Shown: positions 1 through 9,768 of the stretch, piece after piece
Numbering within the stretch: the first letter of the stretch is position 1
How the letters are laid out: each line of letters begins with the position of its first letter
From: Candidatus Hodarchaeota archaeon
GTDB lineage: Archaea > Asgardarchaeota > Heimdallarchaeia > Hodarchaeales > Hodarchaeaceae
Direction: 5' to 3'
Assembly (NCBI GenBank): GCA_029856365.1
Contig: JAHQWW010000032.1
Coordinates: 1 to 29,646, forward strand
Length of the DNA stretch: 29,646 nt
Program-made: the position numbers and the translations under genes
The notes under the pieces: model-generated
Databases searched by the model: none
Told to the model about the DNA's origin: nothing
What the model saw: only the letters and a program-made list of their open reading frames with translations

Positions 1-1
1 A

Positions 2-283
2 GTAGTCGAAAGAATGTTAACTCCTTTAGATTTTGAGCGAGATTATAACAGTTATAAAGGTAGTGGCTTCTCTGTTGAACCGATTTTCACTCAATCTGCT
101 TGGTTTAGACCTCATAACAAGTCCGAGGATATAGAAGGTTTATATCTAGTTGGAGCTGGAACCCATCCAGGAGCAGGTCTGCCGGGTGTTATTTCAAGTG
201 CTAAAGTTACTTCAGACCTAATCAAGCGACATTACAATGGATCAACTACCAGAAAAAGACAAAATTATGGTAGCCACAACTAA
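2..283 (+). CDS. crtI: Phytoene desaturase (CrtI family), C-terminal part; gene begins upstream of the window
   Basis: Frame open from base 2 (VVERMLTPLDF...). Typical CrtI C-terminal motifs TPxDF, QSAWFRPHN and GLYLVGAGTHPGAGLPGV. Confidence 0.9.
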   Translation, partial: VVERMLTPLDFERDYNSYKGSGFSVEPIFTQSAWFRPHNKSEDIEGLYLVGAGTHPGAGLPGVISSAKVTSDLIKRHYNGSTTRKRQNYGSHN

Positions 284-294
284 TTTAAGTCTAA

Positions 295-1101
295 ATGATG
301 ATTGGAATGACTTATTTATCATTTCTCTTATTTTTTATCTTAGTTCCCTTAATATTCAATGTTTTATATCTTGTATATAGACATTATTCATACAGAACTA
401 CTGGAAAACCTAATAACTTATTAAAGGCTAGAACATTTTTTACCGCGATCCTAATATTAGCAATTATTGCTTTGTTGTATACAACACCATGGGATAATTT
501 CATTGTAGCTAACAATATCTGGTATTACGATACAAACAAAGTATTAGGGATCGTTATCGGTTATGTCCCGATAGAAGAGTATTCATTTTTTATATTACAA
601 ACATTTCTTGTTGGTGTTTTTACTTTCACATTTATTGGGCCTATGTCTCTTAACTATGTAGATGAAAGAGATAATAAAAATATTCGATTATTATCCTCTG
701 TTTTCCTGTTCATGTTATGGATAGTTTCTCTTATTACTTATGTTTCCCAGGTTAACGCTTTAATATATCTAGATCTAATATTAATTTGGGCTCTTCCTCC
801 AATAATGCTTCAATTATTGTATGGTGCTGATATCCTTTGGGAAAAGAAATTTCCTTTATTTTTAATCATAATAACATTAACAGCTTATCTATCAGTAGTA
901 GATACAATAGCAATATCGGCTGACATTTGGACAATTGCACTGAACACATCAACTGGTATATTACTTGGTGGAATATTACCCATTGAAGAACTACTCTTCT
1001 TTTTAGTAACAAATATGCTTATTATATTTGGATTAACTTTAATTGTGAGCCAAAAGAGCATATCACGATTTAGAGGTTACTTAAACATAATAAAAAGCTA
1101 A
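295..1101 (+). CDS. crtY: Lycopene beta-cyclase, fused CrtYc/Yd-type membrane protein (two cyclase repeats)
   Basis: Hydrophobic. Repeat 1 has PWDN..VANNIW and PIEEYSFF; repeat 2 has D..AISADIW and PIEELLFF. Lies directly after crtI. Confidence 0.85.
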   Translation: MMIGMTYLSFLLFFILVPLIFNVLYLVYRHYSYRTTGKPNNLLKARTFFTAILILAIIALLYTTPWDNFIVANNIWYYDTNKVLGIVIGYVPIEEYSFFILQTFLVGVFTFTFIGPMSLNYVDERDNKNIRLLSSVFLFMLWIVSLITYVSQVNALIYLDLILIWALPPIMLQLLYGADILWEKKFPLFLIIITLTAYLSVVDTIAISADIWTIALNTSTGILLGGILPIEELLFFLVTNMLIIFGLTLIVSQKSISRFRGYLNIIKS

Positions 1102-1125
1102 AAGAAATTTAAAAGAGATGTAATA

Positions 1126-1483
1126 ATGCCACACATTGTAATAAATGGTAAAATTACCATAGAAAGCATATTTCCTGAATTAAAACCTATCTTCTTAACT
1201 CAAGATACTGGAATTCTTAAGACACCAGCCTTATTTATTTCAAGAGACAAGAAATCAATATTGGTCTATTCATTGAGTATTGAAGGAAGTACTAAGTATA
1301 GATTCTTTACTTTGATTAACGAGCGATCAGATGGAGCCGTTATTCGTGTATATCCTGGATTTGAAAATGAAAAAAACACAAGGAGTAAAGAAAATTTTAG
1401 CAGCGATAGCAAAACAGCTATTAGCAATTGATCCACACTTAACAATTGGAAAAACAAATCTTACGGAATATCTAGAAAATTAA
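1126..1483 (+). pseudogene. Small hypothetical protein interrupted by a +1 frameshift at an A7 run (pseudogene or sequencing error)
   Basis: ORF 1126-1431 ends in a low-complexity tail. Removing one A from A7 (1370-1376) gives ...ENEKTQGVKKILAAIAKQLLAIDPHLTIGKTNLTEYLEN* with TAA at 1481-1483, 20 nt before the next gene. Confidence 0.65.
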
Positions 1484-1503
1484 AGATTGAGTTGATTTAA
1501 ATT

Positions 1504-2277
1504 ATGGTTAGCATTACGAGAAAAGAAATATTTATTATTGGAAATATCATAGGATTAGTATTGACGCTATTTGTTAATTTTTTAGCTAATGCCCTTCCAT
1601 TGAATGGGAAAACAACTGGTGAATTATCTGATTCATACCCAAATCTATTTGTACCTGCTGGATATGTTTTTACCATTTGGGGGGTAATATATGTTCTATT
1701 AATTATCTTCGTTGCTTTTCAAGCTTTACCTAAACAAAGAAATGAAGATTTTCATGAACAAATTTCTGCTTTATTTATAATTAGTTCTGTAGCAAATTCA
1801 GTATGGATTTTTCTTTGGCATTATGAGCAGGTATTATTCTCACTCATTGCAATGCTGGTTTTATTGATGTCTTTGATCTTAATCTACTGGCGTCTTGAGA
1901 TAGGATTAAATTCTATCCCTTTAAACACCAAATTAGCTATTCACACTCCTTTTAGTGTTTATCTTGGCTGGATTACTGTCGCAACTGTTGCAAACGTAAC
2001 AGCATTCTTAGTTTCTATTAACTGGGATTGCCTAGGAATTAGTGAGACTATATGGACACTAATAATACTCAGTGTTGCCACTATAATTGTAATAACAATA
2101 ATTTTACAACGAAAAGATGTGGCATATACATTGGTTCCAATTTGGGCATTCATAGGAATTTTTTTTAAGCAAATTGGAAATGCCAATGAAGTTTCTCTTT
2201 ATGCAGCATTTTGTGCTTTAATTCTTATGATTTTACTAGCTACTAGACTAGCTTATGAAAAGTACAAAAATCAATGA
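1504..2277 (+). CDS. TspO/MBR-related tryptophan-rich sensory membrane protein
   Basis: Multiple TM helices; motifs FVPAGYVFTIWGVIY, NSVWIFLWH and FSVYLGWITVA; carotenoid-cluster context. Confidence 0.75.
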   Translation: MVSITRKEIFIIGNIIGLVLTLFVNFLANALPLNGKTTGELSDSYPNLFVPAGYVFTIWGVIYVLLIIFVAFQALPKQRNEDFHEQISALFIISSVANSVWIFLWHYEQVLFSLIAMLVLLMSLILIYWRLEIGLNSIPLNTKLAIHTPFSVYLGWITVATVANVTAFLVSINWDCLGISETIWTLIILSVATIIVITIILQRKDVAYTLVPIWAFIGIFFKQIGNANEVSLYAAFCALILMILLATRLAYEKYKNQ

Positions 2278-2504
2278 ATTCTAGAGTAGGTTTTTTAATT
2301 GATTACACTGAATTGAGCAATAATATTCAGGATTTAAAGGTTTCATTAGAAAATGGAAGATTAAATCGAAAAAATCATTGGAAAAAATATCGAAATACAG
2401 TAAAGCATGCACGGAAAGTCAAAGTAAAAGCTGAGGATCAAGATATTTTAGGGCAAATAGATAAATTTTTTCGAAAGCTGGAACGTCCCAAAATTGTCAA
2501 TTAA
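2274..2504 (+). CDS. Hypothetical basic protein, possibly a truncated membrane-protein remnant
   Basis: ATGA overlap with the upstream stop (translational coupling). A hydrophobic segment continues in the +1 frame from about 2494. Confidence 0.45.
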   Translation: MNSRVGFLIDYTELSNNIQDLKVSLENGRLNRKNHWKKYRNTVKHARKVKVKAEDQDILGQIDKFFRKLERPKIVN

Positions 2505-2602
2505 GGTTGGTACAATACTGCTATTACTAGCTATTCTTCTTCTTTTATGGAGATTTTTGGAAAGCACAACAGGATTATTAACATCCTCTTTAAGTAAGGA
2601 GA

Positions 2603-4090
2603 TTGAGATTGAAACAAAAAAATATTCTTGTACTTGGAGCAACTGGCTATATAGGTTCTAGACTTGTACCAAGACTCTTAAAAAAAGGATACATTGTACG
2701 AGTGGGATTTAGATCAAAACAAAAACTTAATATGCGATTATGGAGTCATCATGAAAATCTAGAAGCAATAAATCTTGATGTTTTCGATATTAAATCCTTA
2801 AAAGAAGCAATGAAAGGAATAAATATAGTTTACTACCTAATCCATTCTATGGAGGGTAAAATAAAAGATTTTATCAAAGCTGATAGAATAGCAGCACAAA
2901 ACACAATTATAGCAGCGGAAGACGCAAAAATTGAGAGAATTATTTATTTAGGAGGATTAGGGGCAGAGGAAGAAAAATTAAGTAAACACCTACAGTCTCG
3001 CATTGAAGTTTCCAAAATACTGGATTCTTGTTCAATACCAGTTACCACATTACGTGCAGCAATTATCATTGGGAGTGGAAGTGCAGCCTTTGAAATGATG
3101 AGGTATCTTGTCAATAGATTGCCAATTATGATTACGCCCAAATGGCTGAGAACTAAGAATCAACCAATAGCTATTAGAAATGTCCTTAAGTATCTAACTG
3201 ACTGTTTAGAAGTACCAGAAACTATTGGTGAAGTTTATGATATTGGTGGTCCAGATATTATTACGTATAAACAATTCATGGAAAGTTATGTAGAAATTAC
3301 TGGATTACTAAAACGTATAATTTTTCCTATCCCTTTCTTCACTCCCAACTTAAGCTCCTATTGGATTAGGCTGATCACAGGAATTCAATCATCCTTAGCT
3401 CGTCCATTAATAGATGGAATGAAGAATGAGGTTGTATGTCATGATTTTAGGATACGAGAATTAATTCCACAAAATTTGATAGACCATAAGAAAGCAATTC
3501 GATTAGCATTAAACCCCAAACAATACCTCAGCTATGGAAGTCATTCTAAATATGATGATCTACCTGCTGAATGGCATATTCCAGGAGATCCTCCTTGGTC
3601 AGGGGGATTAGTTTTCCAAGATCATCGCAAGGTTGTTTTGAATGGAAATTCTCACAATACTTGGCAAAAATTGGTTCATATTGAAAGAAATAATAAATTA
3701 CAATATATTTTTTACTTATGTAAATTTGGTGCTTTTCTGGAAGGGATTTTCAAAGGTTTTAAGAGAATTAAAAAGAAGAAAATTATGCACCTTCAAAATA
3801 TAATTCCAGAGAAAGAATTAACATTGCATACAGATATCATCCTACCAGGTTATGTTATCCTAAGATACCTGTTAAGACGTATTAATAGTAAGAGTTGGGA
3901 ACTTCATCAAATTTTTCGGATAGTCCCTAAAGGTCTAATTGGAATAACATATTGGCTCACATTCCTACCCTTTTTCAATAGGATCTCGAAGAAGGTATTA
4001 GAAGAAATATGTAGTGATATTGATAGAAATTCTCCAATATATCACAAAATATATTCTACTCCTAAACTTTATTATCCACAAAGAAGATGA
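2603..4090 (+). CDS. NAD(P)-binding atypical SDR (YbjT-like) with divergent C-terminal DUF2867-like region
   Basis: Rossmann motif ILVLGATGYIG; YYLIHSM; IIYLGGLG; LRAAIIIGSGSAAFEM; QPIAIRNV; PKGLIGITYW near the C-terminus. TTG start at 2603 or 2609 after AAGGAG. Confidence 0.85.
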   Translation: MRLKQKNILVLGATGYIGSRLVPRLLKKGYIVRVGFRSKQKLNMRLWSHHENLEAINLDVFDIKSLKEAMKGINIVYYLIHSMEGKIKDFIKADRIAAQNTIIAAEDAKIERIIYLGGLGAEEEKLSKHLQSRIEVSKILDSCSIPVTTLRAAIIIGSGSAAFEMMRYLVNRLPIMITPKWLRTKNQPIAIRNVLKYLTDCLEVPETIGEVYDIGGPDIITYKQFMESYVEITGLLKRIIFPIPFFTPNLSSYWIRLITGIQSSLARPLIDGMKNEVVCHDFRIRELIPQNLIDHKKAIRLALNPKQYLSYGSHSKYDDLPAEWHIPGDPPWSGGLVFQDHRKVVLNGNSHNTWQKLVHIERNNKLQYIFYLCKFGAFLEGIFKGFKRIKKKKIMHLQNIIPEKELTLHTDIILPGYVILRYLLRRINSKSWELHQIFRIVPKGLIGITYWLTFLPFFNRISKKVLEEICSDIDRNSPIYHKIYSTPKLYYPQRR

Positions 4091-4138
4091 GGTATTTGTA
4101 ACAAAAAAAGAAGTACAATTCCTCCCCCCTATTGTTTT

Positions 4139-4579
4139 TTAATCGTTTTTAATTCTAATTGGGCCTAATTCTCTAATTTTTTTGGTAAAGTCAGTCATTA
4201 TTTGTGCAAAACGTTTACCTTCACTAGCACTAATCCATTCCAAACGGAACCGATCGATTTCCCATCCAAGAGTCTTTAATGCTTCAACCATTTTGTTCAT
4301 ACGTTCCTCTGCTCTTAAGTTTCCCTCTAGATAGTGGCAATCGCCAGGGTGGCAACCAGCAACCATAACGCCATCAGCTCCTTTCAGGAATGCTTTGAGA
4401 ACGAATGCGGGATCTACCCGTCCAGAACACATTACTCGTACGATACGAATATTAGTCGGATATTGAAGCCGAGAGACTCCAGCTAGGTCTGCACCCGCAT
4501 AACTACACCAGTTACAAGCAAAGACAATGATTTTTGGTTCAAAAAGATCATTGGTAGATTTAATTTCAGCTTGAGTCAT
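4139..4579 (-). CDS. mvhD: MvhD/FlpD [2Fe-2S] hydrogenase/Hdr adaptor subunit
   Basis: FACNWCSYAGADLAG, RVMCSGRVD, GCHPGDCHY, WISASEG. Likely start is ATG at 4579 (MTQAEIK) with AGGTGA RBS, not the ORF-track start inside hdrA. Confidence 0.95.
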   Translation of the reverse strand: MTQAEIKSTNDLFEPKIIVFACNWCSYAGADLAGVSRLQYPTNIRIVRVMCSGRVDPAFVLKAFLKGADGVMVAGCHPGDCHYLEGNLRAEERMNKMVEALKTLGWEIDRFRLEWISASEGKRFAQIMTDFTKKIRELGPIRIKND

Positions 4580-4595
4580 TATTTTTTCACCTTTC

Positions 4596-7500
4596 TTATG
4601 GAGCCTCCATAGATGCTGGTTCTGAGATTTCTTCAACATGGTCTTCTGGTTTAATAAGAATGGACTCGAATTGTCTTTCGATAGTTTTATTGGGGAAGTG
4701 TTTAACCGTAATTGCTCCAACTGGACATGTTACCACACAAACTCCACATCCTTTACAAACAGCTTCGTGTATAACAGCTTTTACTGTTTGAATTGATTTT
4801 GTTTCCAATTCTATTGTCTTTATTTCCAATTCAATTGCCTTATAGGGGCATACCTGTTCACACCTACCACAGCCGCGACAAAGATCTTGATCTACTCTTG
4901 AAATGGCTCCTTCTGATAGTAGATATCCTTTAGCAAGGAGAGCCATTACCCGAACAGCTGCCCCACTCCCTTGAAAAATGCTTTCTGTTGTGAATTTAGG
5001 AAAGTGACATGTTCCTGCAAGGAATATACCGTCTGTAGCAAAATCTATTGGTCTTAATTTCACATGTGCCTCTAGGAAGAACCCATCAGCCCCACGAGTA
5101 ACTTTGAACATCTGACTTAATTCCTCATTTGGTTTGGGAACCAATGGAACACTAAGAACAATTAAATCTGGTTTGATTCTAAGAGTAGCTCCTAACATTG
5201 GATCAAAGATCTCAACTATTCCATCAGGACTTACATTTGGTTTCTGGTCATCAGTATAACGTATAAAAATAGTACCAAGCTGTCTTGTTTCCAGATATTT
5301 TTCTTCTAGTTCACCATAAGTTCGAATATCTTTATAGAGAATGAATACATTAGCATTTGGATTACGTTCTTTAATACGAATACTATTCTTAATAGCTACT
5401 GTACAACATATACGGCTACAATAAGTCCTAGGTGGTTCATCCTCACGTGAGCCTACACATTGAATCATAACTACTGTTTGGGGATTCAGTTCATCAAAAC
5501 GTTCTTCAAATTCCCTTTGAGTTATTATGTTTGGATTTTCTCCATAATGATAGTAGCCATTTGGTACAAATGGCTCAGCTCCCGTTGCAAGAATAACTGC
5601 TCCAAATTTAATTTCCTCGCCCTTAACTGTTCCGTTGAAGTTGCCAACGGCTCCACTAAAGTCTTCAAGCTCCGAATTCGTAAAAACAGTGATTTTTCGT
5701 TCTGCATTAACCTGATTTACCAAATTCTCGATAATCTCTTTGCCCTTAAGTTTGTTGTGAAGTTCTGGTATCTTTAAGAGCTCTCCACCAAGCTGATCTT
5801 CCTTTTCTATCAGATAAACTGGATATCCAGCTCGCGCAAGATCTAAAGCACTGGTCATACCAGCGCAGCCACCTCCAATAACAGCAGCTTTCTGAACTAT
5901 AGGAATTTTTTCTTTAAGCAGAGGTTCAAGTTCACAAGTTCGAGCAATTGCTCCTCTAATCAGGTCTTTTGCCTTTTCATTAGCCTTTTCTGGTTCATTA
6001 GGGTGAACCCATGAAGCGTGTTCACGCAAATTCACAAGATCAAATAGAAATTCGTTTAAGCCTACTTCTTTAAGAGTACTTCGAAATAATGGTTCATGGG
6101 TACGCGGGGTGCAAGAAGCGACTATAATACGATTCAAATTATGTTCCTTTATCGCATCTTTAATTACTAATTGTGTATCTGCAGCACAAGCATACATCGG
6201 ATCCGTTGAGAATACAACATTCGGAAATGACTTGGCGTATTCAGCAACTTCTGCACAATTTATAACTGAGGCGATGTTGTGCCCACAATGGCAAACTAAG
6301 ACCCCTATTCGTGGTTCATCTAATGCATCTACTTTAATTGGACGGGGAAGCTTAATTTCTTCGATTAGAGTGCCTCTCACATTTTTAAGTAATATAGACG
6401 CTTTAGCTGCTGCACCACTTGCTTCTGCAACAGTATCAGGAATATCTTTTGGACTTGAAGCAACTCCACAGACGTAAACCCCTGGTCGATTTGTTTCTAG
6501 TGGTGTTAATGGATCTGTTGCTATAAAACCGTACTCATCTAATGTAAGGTTCATACAGTCTTTTAGAAAATCTGAGTGAGAGGAGGGATCCAATCCAGTA
6601 GATAATACAACCATATCCATCTCCTCAGAGGTGATATCGGATGTGCCTGTAAAATCTTCATATTTGACAATTAAATTGTGATTATTTGGATTTTCTCGTA
6701 TTTCACCAATGCGCGACTTGATGAAGTGTATATTGAACTCATTAATAGCCCGTTGGTAAAACTCTTCAAATCCTTTCCCAAATGCACGTATATCCATATA
6801 GTAAATATATGCTTCAACACTAGGATCGTGTTCTTTGACCATTATTGCTTCTTTTATGGCATACATACAACATGCAGCAGAGCAATAATTTCTATTAAGA
6901 GAAGGATTACGTGATCCAACACACTGTAAGAAAGCTATTTTCTTGGGATGTTTTTGATCTGATGGTCTAATTACTTCTCCTCCAGTTGGCCCTGATGCAT
7001 TAAGCAATCTTTCAAATTGCAATGTTGTAACAACATTGGGAAAACGTCCGAAGTGTAAACTACTTATTTCTTTCGCATCAAAAGGATCAAATCCAGTTGT
7101 TACAATTACTGCGCCAACCTTAATCTCGCGCTCCTCGTCTTTTTGTTCATAATCAATAGCTCCAGGCCCACAAGCTTTTTGACAGAGCCCACACTTCCCT
7201 TTTTGAATATATCGGCATGTCTCAGGTACGAGAAATGCTACCTTAGGGACAGCTTGAGGAAATGGAATAGAAATATTTTTTCTTGCAGGTCTGTCTCTAC
7301 CTCTCCTATCTTTTCTCGTTAAATATTCATTGAAATAATCATCAATATACACTGGACATTTTGCTTCGCAATCCCCACATCCTGTGCATTTTTCTTCATC
7401 AACGTAACGTGCTTTCTTAAGATATCTCAGTGTAAAATTCCCTGCAGATCCTGTAAGAGCTAATGGTTCGCAATAAGTAAGAAGTTTAATATTCGGATGA

Positions 7501-7712
7501 CGTTGAACATCAACTAATTTTGGACCAAGAATGCACATTGCGCAATCGAGAGTTGGAAAAGTCTTGTCTAATTGAACCATTCTGCCCCCTATAGAAGGAT
7601 TACTTTCAACCATGTATACAAGAAATCCTTGATCAGCTAAATCTAATGATGCTTGAATCCCTGCAATACCGCCACCAATAACTGCTACTGAACCTAATGT
7701 TTCTTCTGTCAT
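4596..7712 (-). CDS. hdrA: Large heterodisulfide reductase subunit A with two tandem FAD modules
   Basis: GGGIAG and GGGCAG FAD motifs; LDKTFPTLDCAMCI; QCVGSR..YCS..CC twice; RIGVLVCHCG, ASCTPRTHE, NLREHASWVH; ferredoxin motifs. GAGGTAGG RBS. Confidence 0.95.
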   Translation of the reverse strand: MTEETLGSVAVIGGGIAGIQASLDLADQGFLVYMVESNPSIGGRMVQLDKTFPTLDCAMCILGPKLVDVQRHPNIKLLTYCEPLALTGSAGNFTLRYLKKARYVDEEKCTGCGDCEAKCPVYIDDYFNEYLTRKDRRGRDRPARKNISIPFPQAVPKVAFLVPETCRYIQKGKCGLCQKACGPGAIDYEQKDEEREIKVGAVIVTTGFDPFDAKEISSLHFGRFPNVVTTLQFERLLNASGPTGGEVIRPSDQKHPKKIAFLQCVGSRNPSLNRNYCSAACCMYAIKEAIMVKEHDPSVEAYIYYMDIRAFGKGFEEFYQRAINEFNIHFIKSRIGEIRENPNNHNLIVKYEDFTGTSDITSEEMDMVVLSTGLDPSSHSDFLKDCMNLTLDEYGFIATDPLTPLETNRPGVYVCGVASSPKDIPDTVAEASGAAAKASILLKNVRGTLIEEIKLPRPIKVDALDEPRIGVLVCHCGHNIASVINCAEVAEYAKSFPNVVFSTDPMYACAADTQLVIKDAIKEHNLNRIIVASCTPRTHEPLFRSTLKEVGLNEFLFDLVNLREHASWVHPNEPEKANEKAKDLIRGAIARTCELEPLLKEKIPIVQKAAVIGGGCAGMTSALDLARAGYPVYLIEKEDQLGGELLKIPELHNKLKGKEIIENLVNQVNAERKITVFTNSELEDFSGAVGNFNGTVKGEEIKFGAVILATGAEPFVPNGYYHYGENPNIITQREFEERFDELNPQTVVMIQCVGSREDEPPRTYCSRICCTVAIKNSIRIKERNPNANVFILYKDIRTYGELEEKYLETRQLGTIFIRYTDDQKPNVSPDGIVEIFDPMLGATLRIKPDLIVLSVPLVPKPNEELSQMFKVTRGADGFFLEAHVKLRPIDFATDGIFLAGTCHFPKFTTESIFQGSGAAVRVMALLAKGYLLSEGAISRVDQDLCRGCGRCEQVCPYKAIELEIKTIELETKSIQTVKAVIHEAVCKGCGVCVVTCPVGAITVKHFPNKTIERQFESILIKPEDHVEEISEPASMEAP

Positions 7713-7723
7713 TTTCCTACCTC

Positions 7724-8863
7724 TTAATCACTTTTTTTCGTTGAAAGTTCATCAACTATCATTCCTATTTCTTTCACCTTGATCTGATAATTGTGCTGGG
7801 GTTTTTTATCTTCCAATACACAATTTAGGTGAGCAAAACACTTATTACAGGCTACAACAAGTGTCCCCTGTTCTCCCACTGCCTGAGTTGCTTCTTCTAA
7901 TTTCCGTAGCATCACCGAACGTGATTGATCATCACATCTAAGCCAAGCAGATACTCCACAACAGTTTGTAAATTGTCTATTGAGTGAAAGCTCCTTAAAA
8001 GTTGCCCCAGTGTTTTTTAATACGTTTCGTGGGGCATCATATTCTTTCATAAATCTACCAAGACGACAAGGATCGTGGTAAGCTAATAATGGAGAATTGT
8101 CATCCTTAAACCCAAATGCTTCTAGATGCTCTTCAATAAACTGAGAAATATGCTGAATTTTCACACCTTCAAGCTCATACAATTTTTGGAAAGTATAATA
8201 GCCTTCAGCACAGGATACTACCAAGGTGGTAATCCCTGATTCTTTAATCATCTGTTCATTATATTTACGAACTTTATTAAATGAATTAAGATCACCAGTC
8301 CAATATGCATCATGACCACAACATTTTAAGGATAGAAGATTCGGTTTAATTCCAACCTTGTTCATTATATTGATAGCACTCTGTCCGATTTGATGAAAAT
8401 TAGTTTTTTCTAAATCTAAAAATTTATCAAAGAGATCTGCGCAACCTGGAAAATAAGCTATGTTAGATTTTGGATCTGTTTCCCCTTCATAATTGAACTT
8501 CATGCCTGAATCAATCATTTCTGTCATAAATATCTGAAGAAGATTGAAAATATTATGATGAGCATATCTTTCCTCATTTATTCCCATCTCAACTCGTTTT
8601 AACCGTATAAATTCTGGAAAATCAATCTCTTGTGGACACACTTCTAAGCATTTTCCACAGGTTAAACATGCAGTTAAATCGTCTTCACTCACAGGTTTAT
8701 CTAATAACGAATTATGAATGATTTTTCGTGGATTAAACTTGGAAACTCTTCGCAATGGGCATACACTAGTACAAGATGAGCATTGATAGCACGCTTTCAG
8801 AATTTCTGCCGTTGTATCTGAACTAAATATTTCAAAGCTTGGATGTTTTTCTGAAACTACCAT
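7724..8863 (-). CDS. HdrD-like Fe-S oxidoreductase (HdrC-like 2x[4Fe-4S] plus two CCG domains)
   Basis: CYQCSSCTSVCP and CLTCGKCLEVCP; YFPGC, CCGH, YHDPCRLGR, CCG, ACNKC. Confidence 0.88.
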   Translation of the reverse strand: MVVSEKHPSFEIFSSDTTAEILKACYQCSSCTSVCPLRRVSKFNPRKIIHNSLLDKPVSEDDLTACLTCGKCLEVCPQEIDFPEFIRLKRVEMGINEERYAHHNIFNLLQIFMTEMIDSGMKFNYEGETDPKSNIAYFPGCADLFDKFLDLEKTNFHQIGQSAINIMNKVGIKPNLLSLKCCGHDAYWTGDLNSFNKVRKYNEQMIKESGITTLVVSCAEGYYTFQKLYELEGVKIQHISQFIEEHLEAFGFKDDNSPLLAYHDPCRLGRFMKEYDAPRNVLKNTGATFKELSLNRQFTNCCGVSAWLRCDDQSRSVMLRKLEEATQAVGEQGTLVVACNKCFAHLNCVLEDKKPQHNYQIKVKEIGMIVDELSTKKSD

Positions 8864-8876
8864 ATTTTGTGTCCCC

Positions 8877-9758
8877 TTATGTTTTAGCTCCTTTTAATAG
8901 TTTTTTTGGAGAAACATAGTTAGATCCTAATCCTAGAGATTTATAATCGAGTCCCATCCCCAAGCCAAGTACTTGACTGAAATAAAGCACAGGGATTTCG
9001 AATTTTTCATCTGTGACTCTTTTTATTGCCTGTTTCTGTTGGCCATCAAGGGATAGAGCGCACATTTGACACGCAAGAAGGATGAATTCAGCACCGACAT
9101 CTCTAGCATTTAATAAAATATTTCCCGTCAATGTTTCAACAACAGGTTTAGCAACGAGCATCTGTGTTGCTCCGCAGCATTTTGTTTTCATAGGAAAAAA
9201 TTGCGGTTCTGCTCCCACGACTTCTATTAAATCATCCATGAAGGTTGGATTATCAGGATCCTCAAATTGAATGATATCACCTGGACGTGTGCAAAAACAC
9301 CCATAATAGGAAACAGCTTTTTTCCCTTCCAAAGGATTTCCAGGTACAATTTTCTCTTTTATTTTTTCAATACCCACATAATCTCGAAGGAGTTCCAGGA
9401 TATGCATTGGTTTTACACTATTTGGAGTATACGGGGTTTCTAATAATGAATTTATTTCATCTGCTTTATTTTTATCGTGTACCATTTTATAATTTGTAGC
9501 TATTAATTGGTAAGAACAAGCAGGACATACAGCTATAAGTTGTTCAAATTTCTGTTCTTCTGCCAAAGCAAGATTTCTGGCCACAATGCCTTCAGCTGCC
9601 AAATGGTCAACAGCAGTAACTTCTAAAGCTCCGCAACAGTTCCAATCCTTTAATTCAACTAGTTCAACACCTAATTTTTCCATCACTTTATGTACTGATC
9701 TGTCATATTCTTTGGCCACTTTATGAAGAGAACAACCTGGATAATAACCGACTTTCAT
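8877..9758 (-). CDS. hdrB: Heterodisulfide reductase subunit B
   Basis: YYPGCSLH, WNCCG, CPAC, YYGC...RP, KCCGA, ACQMC, PVLYFSQ. Start likely at ATG 9758 (MKVGYY). Confidence 0.93.
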   Translation of the reverse strand: MKVGYYPGCSLHKVAKEYDRSVHKVMEKLGVELVELKDWNCCGALEVTAVDHLAAEGIVARNLALAEEQKFEQLIAVCPACSYQLIATNYKMVHDKNKADEINSLLETPYTPNSVKPMHILELLRDYVGIEKIKEKIVPGNPLEGKKAVSYYGCFCTRPGDIIQFEDPDNPTFMDDLIEVVGAEPQFFPMKTKCCGATQMLVAKPVVETLTGNILLNARDVGAEFILLACQMCALSLDGQQKQAIKRVTDEKFEIPVLYFSQVLGLGMGLDYKSLGLGSNYVSPKKLLKGAKT

Positions 9759-9768
9759 ATGTATCACT

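Noticed and set aside
4580-4720. N-terminal extension of mvhD overlapping hdrA
   Set aside because: There is a good RBS and ATG at 4579, and the extension has no MvhD similarity.
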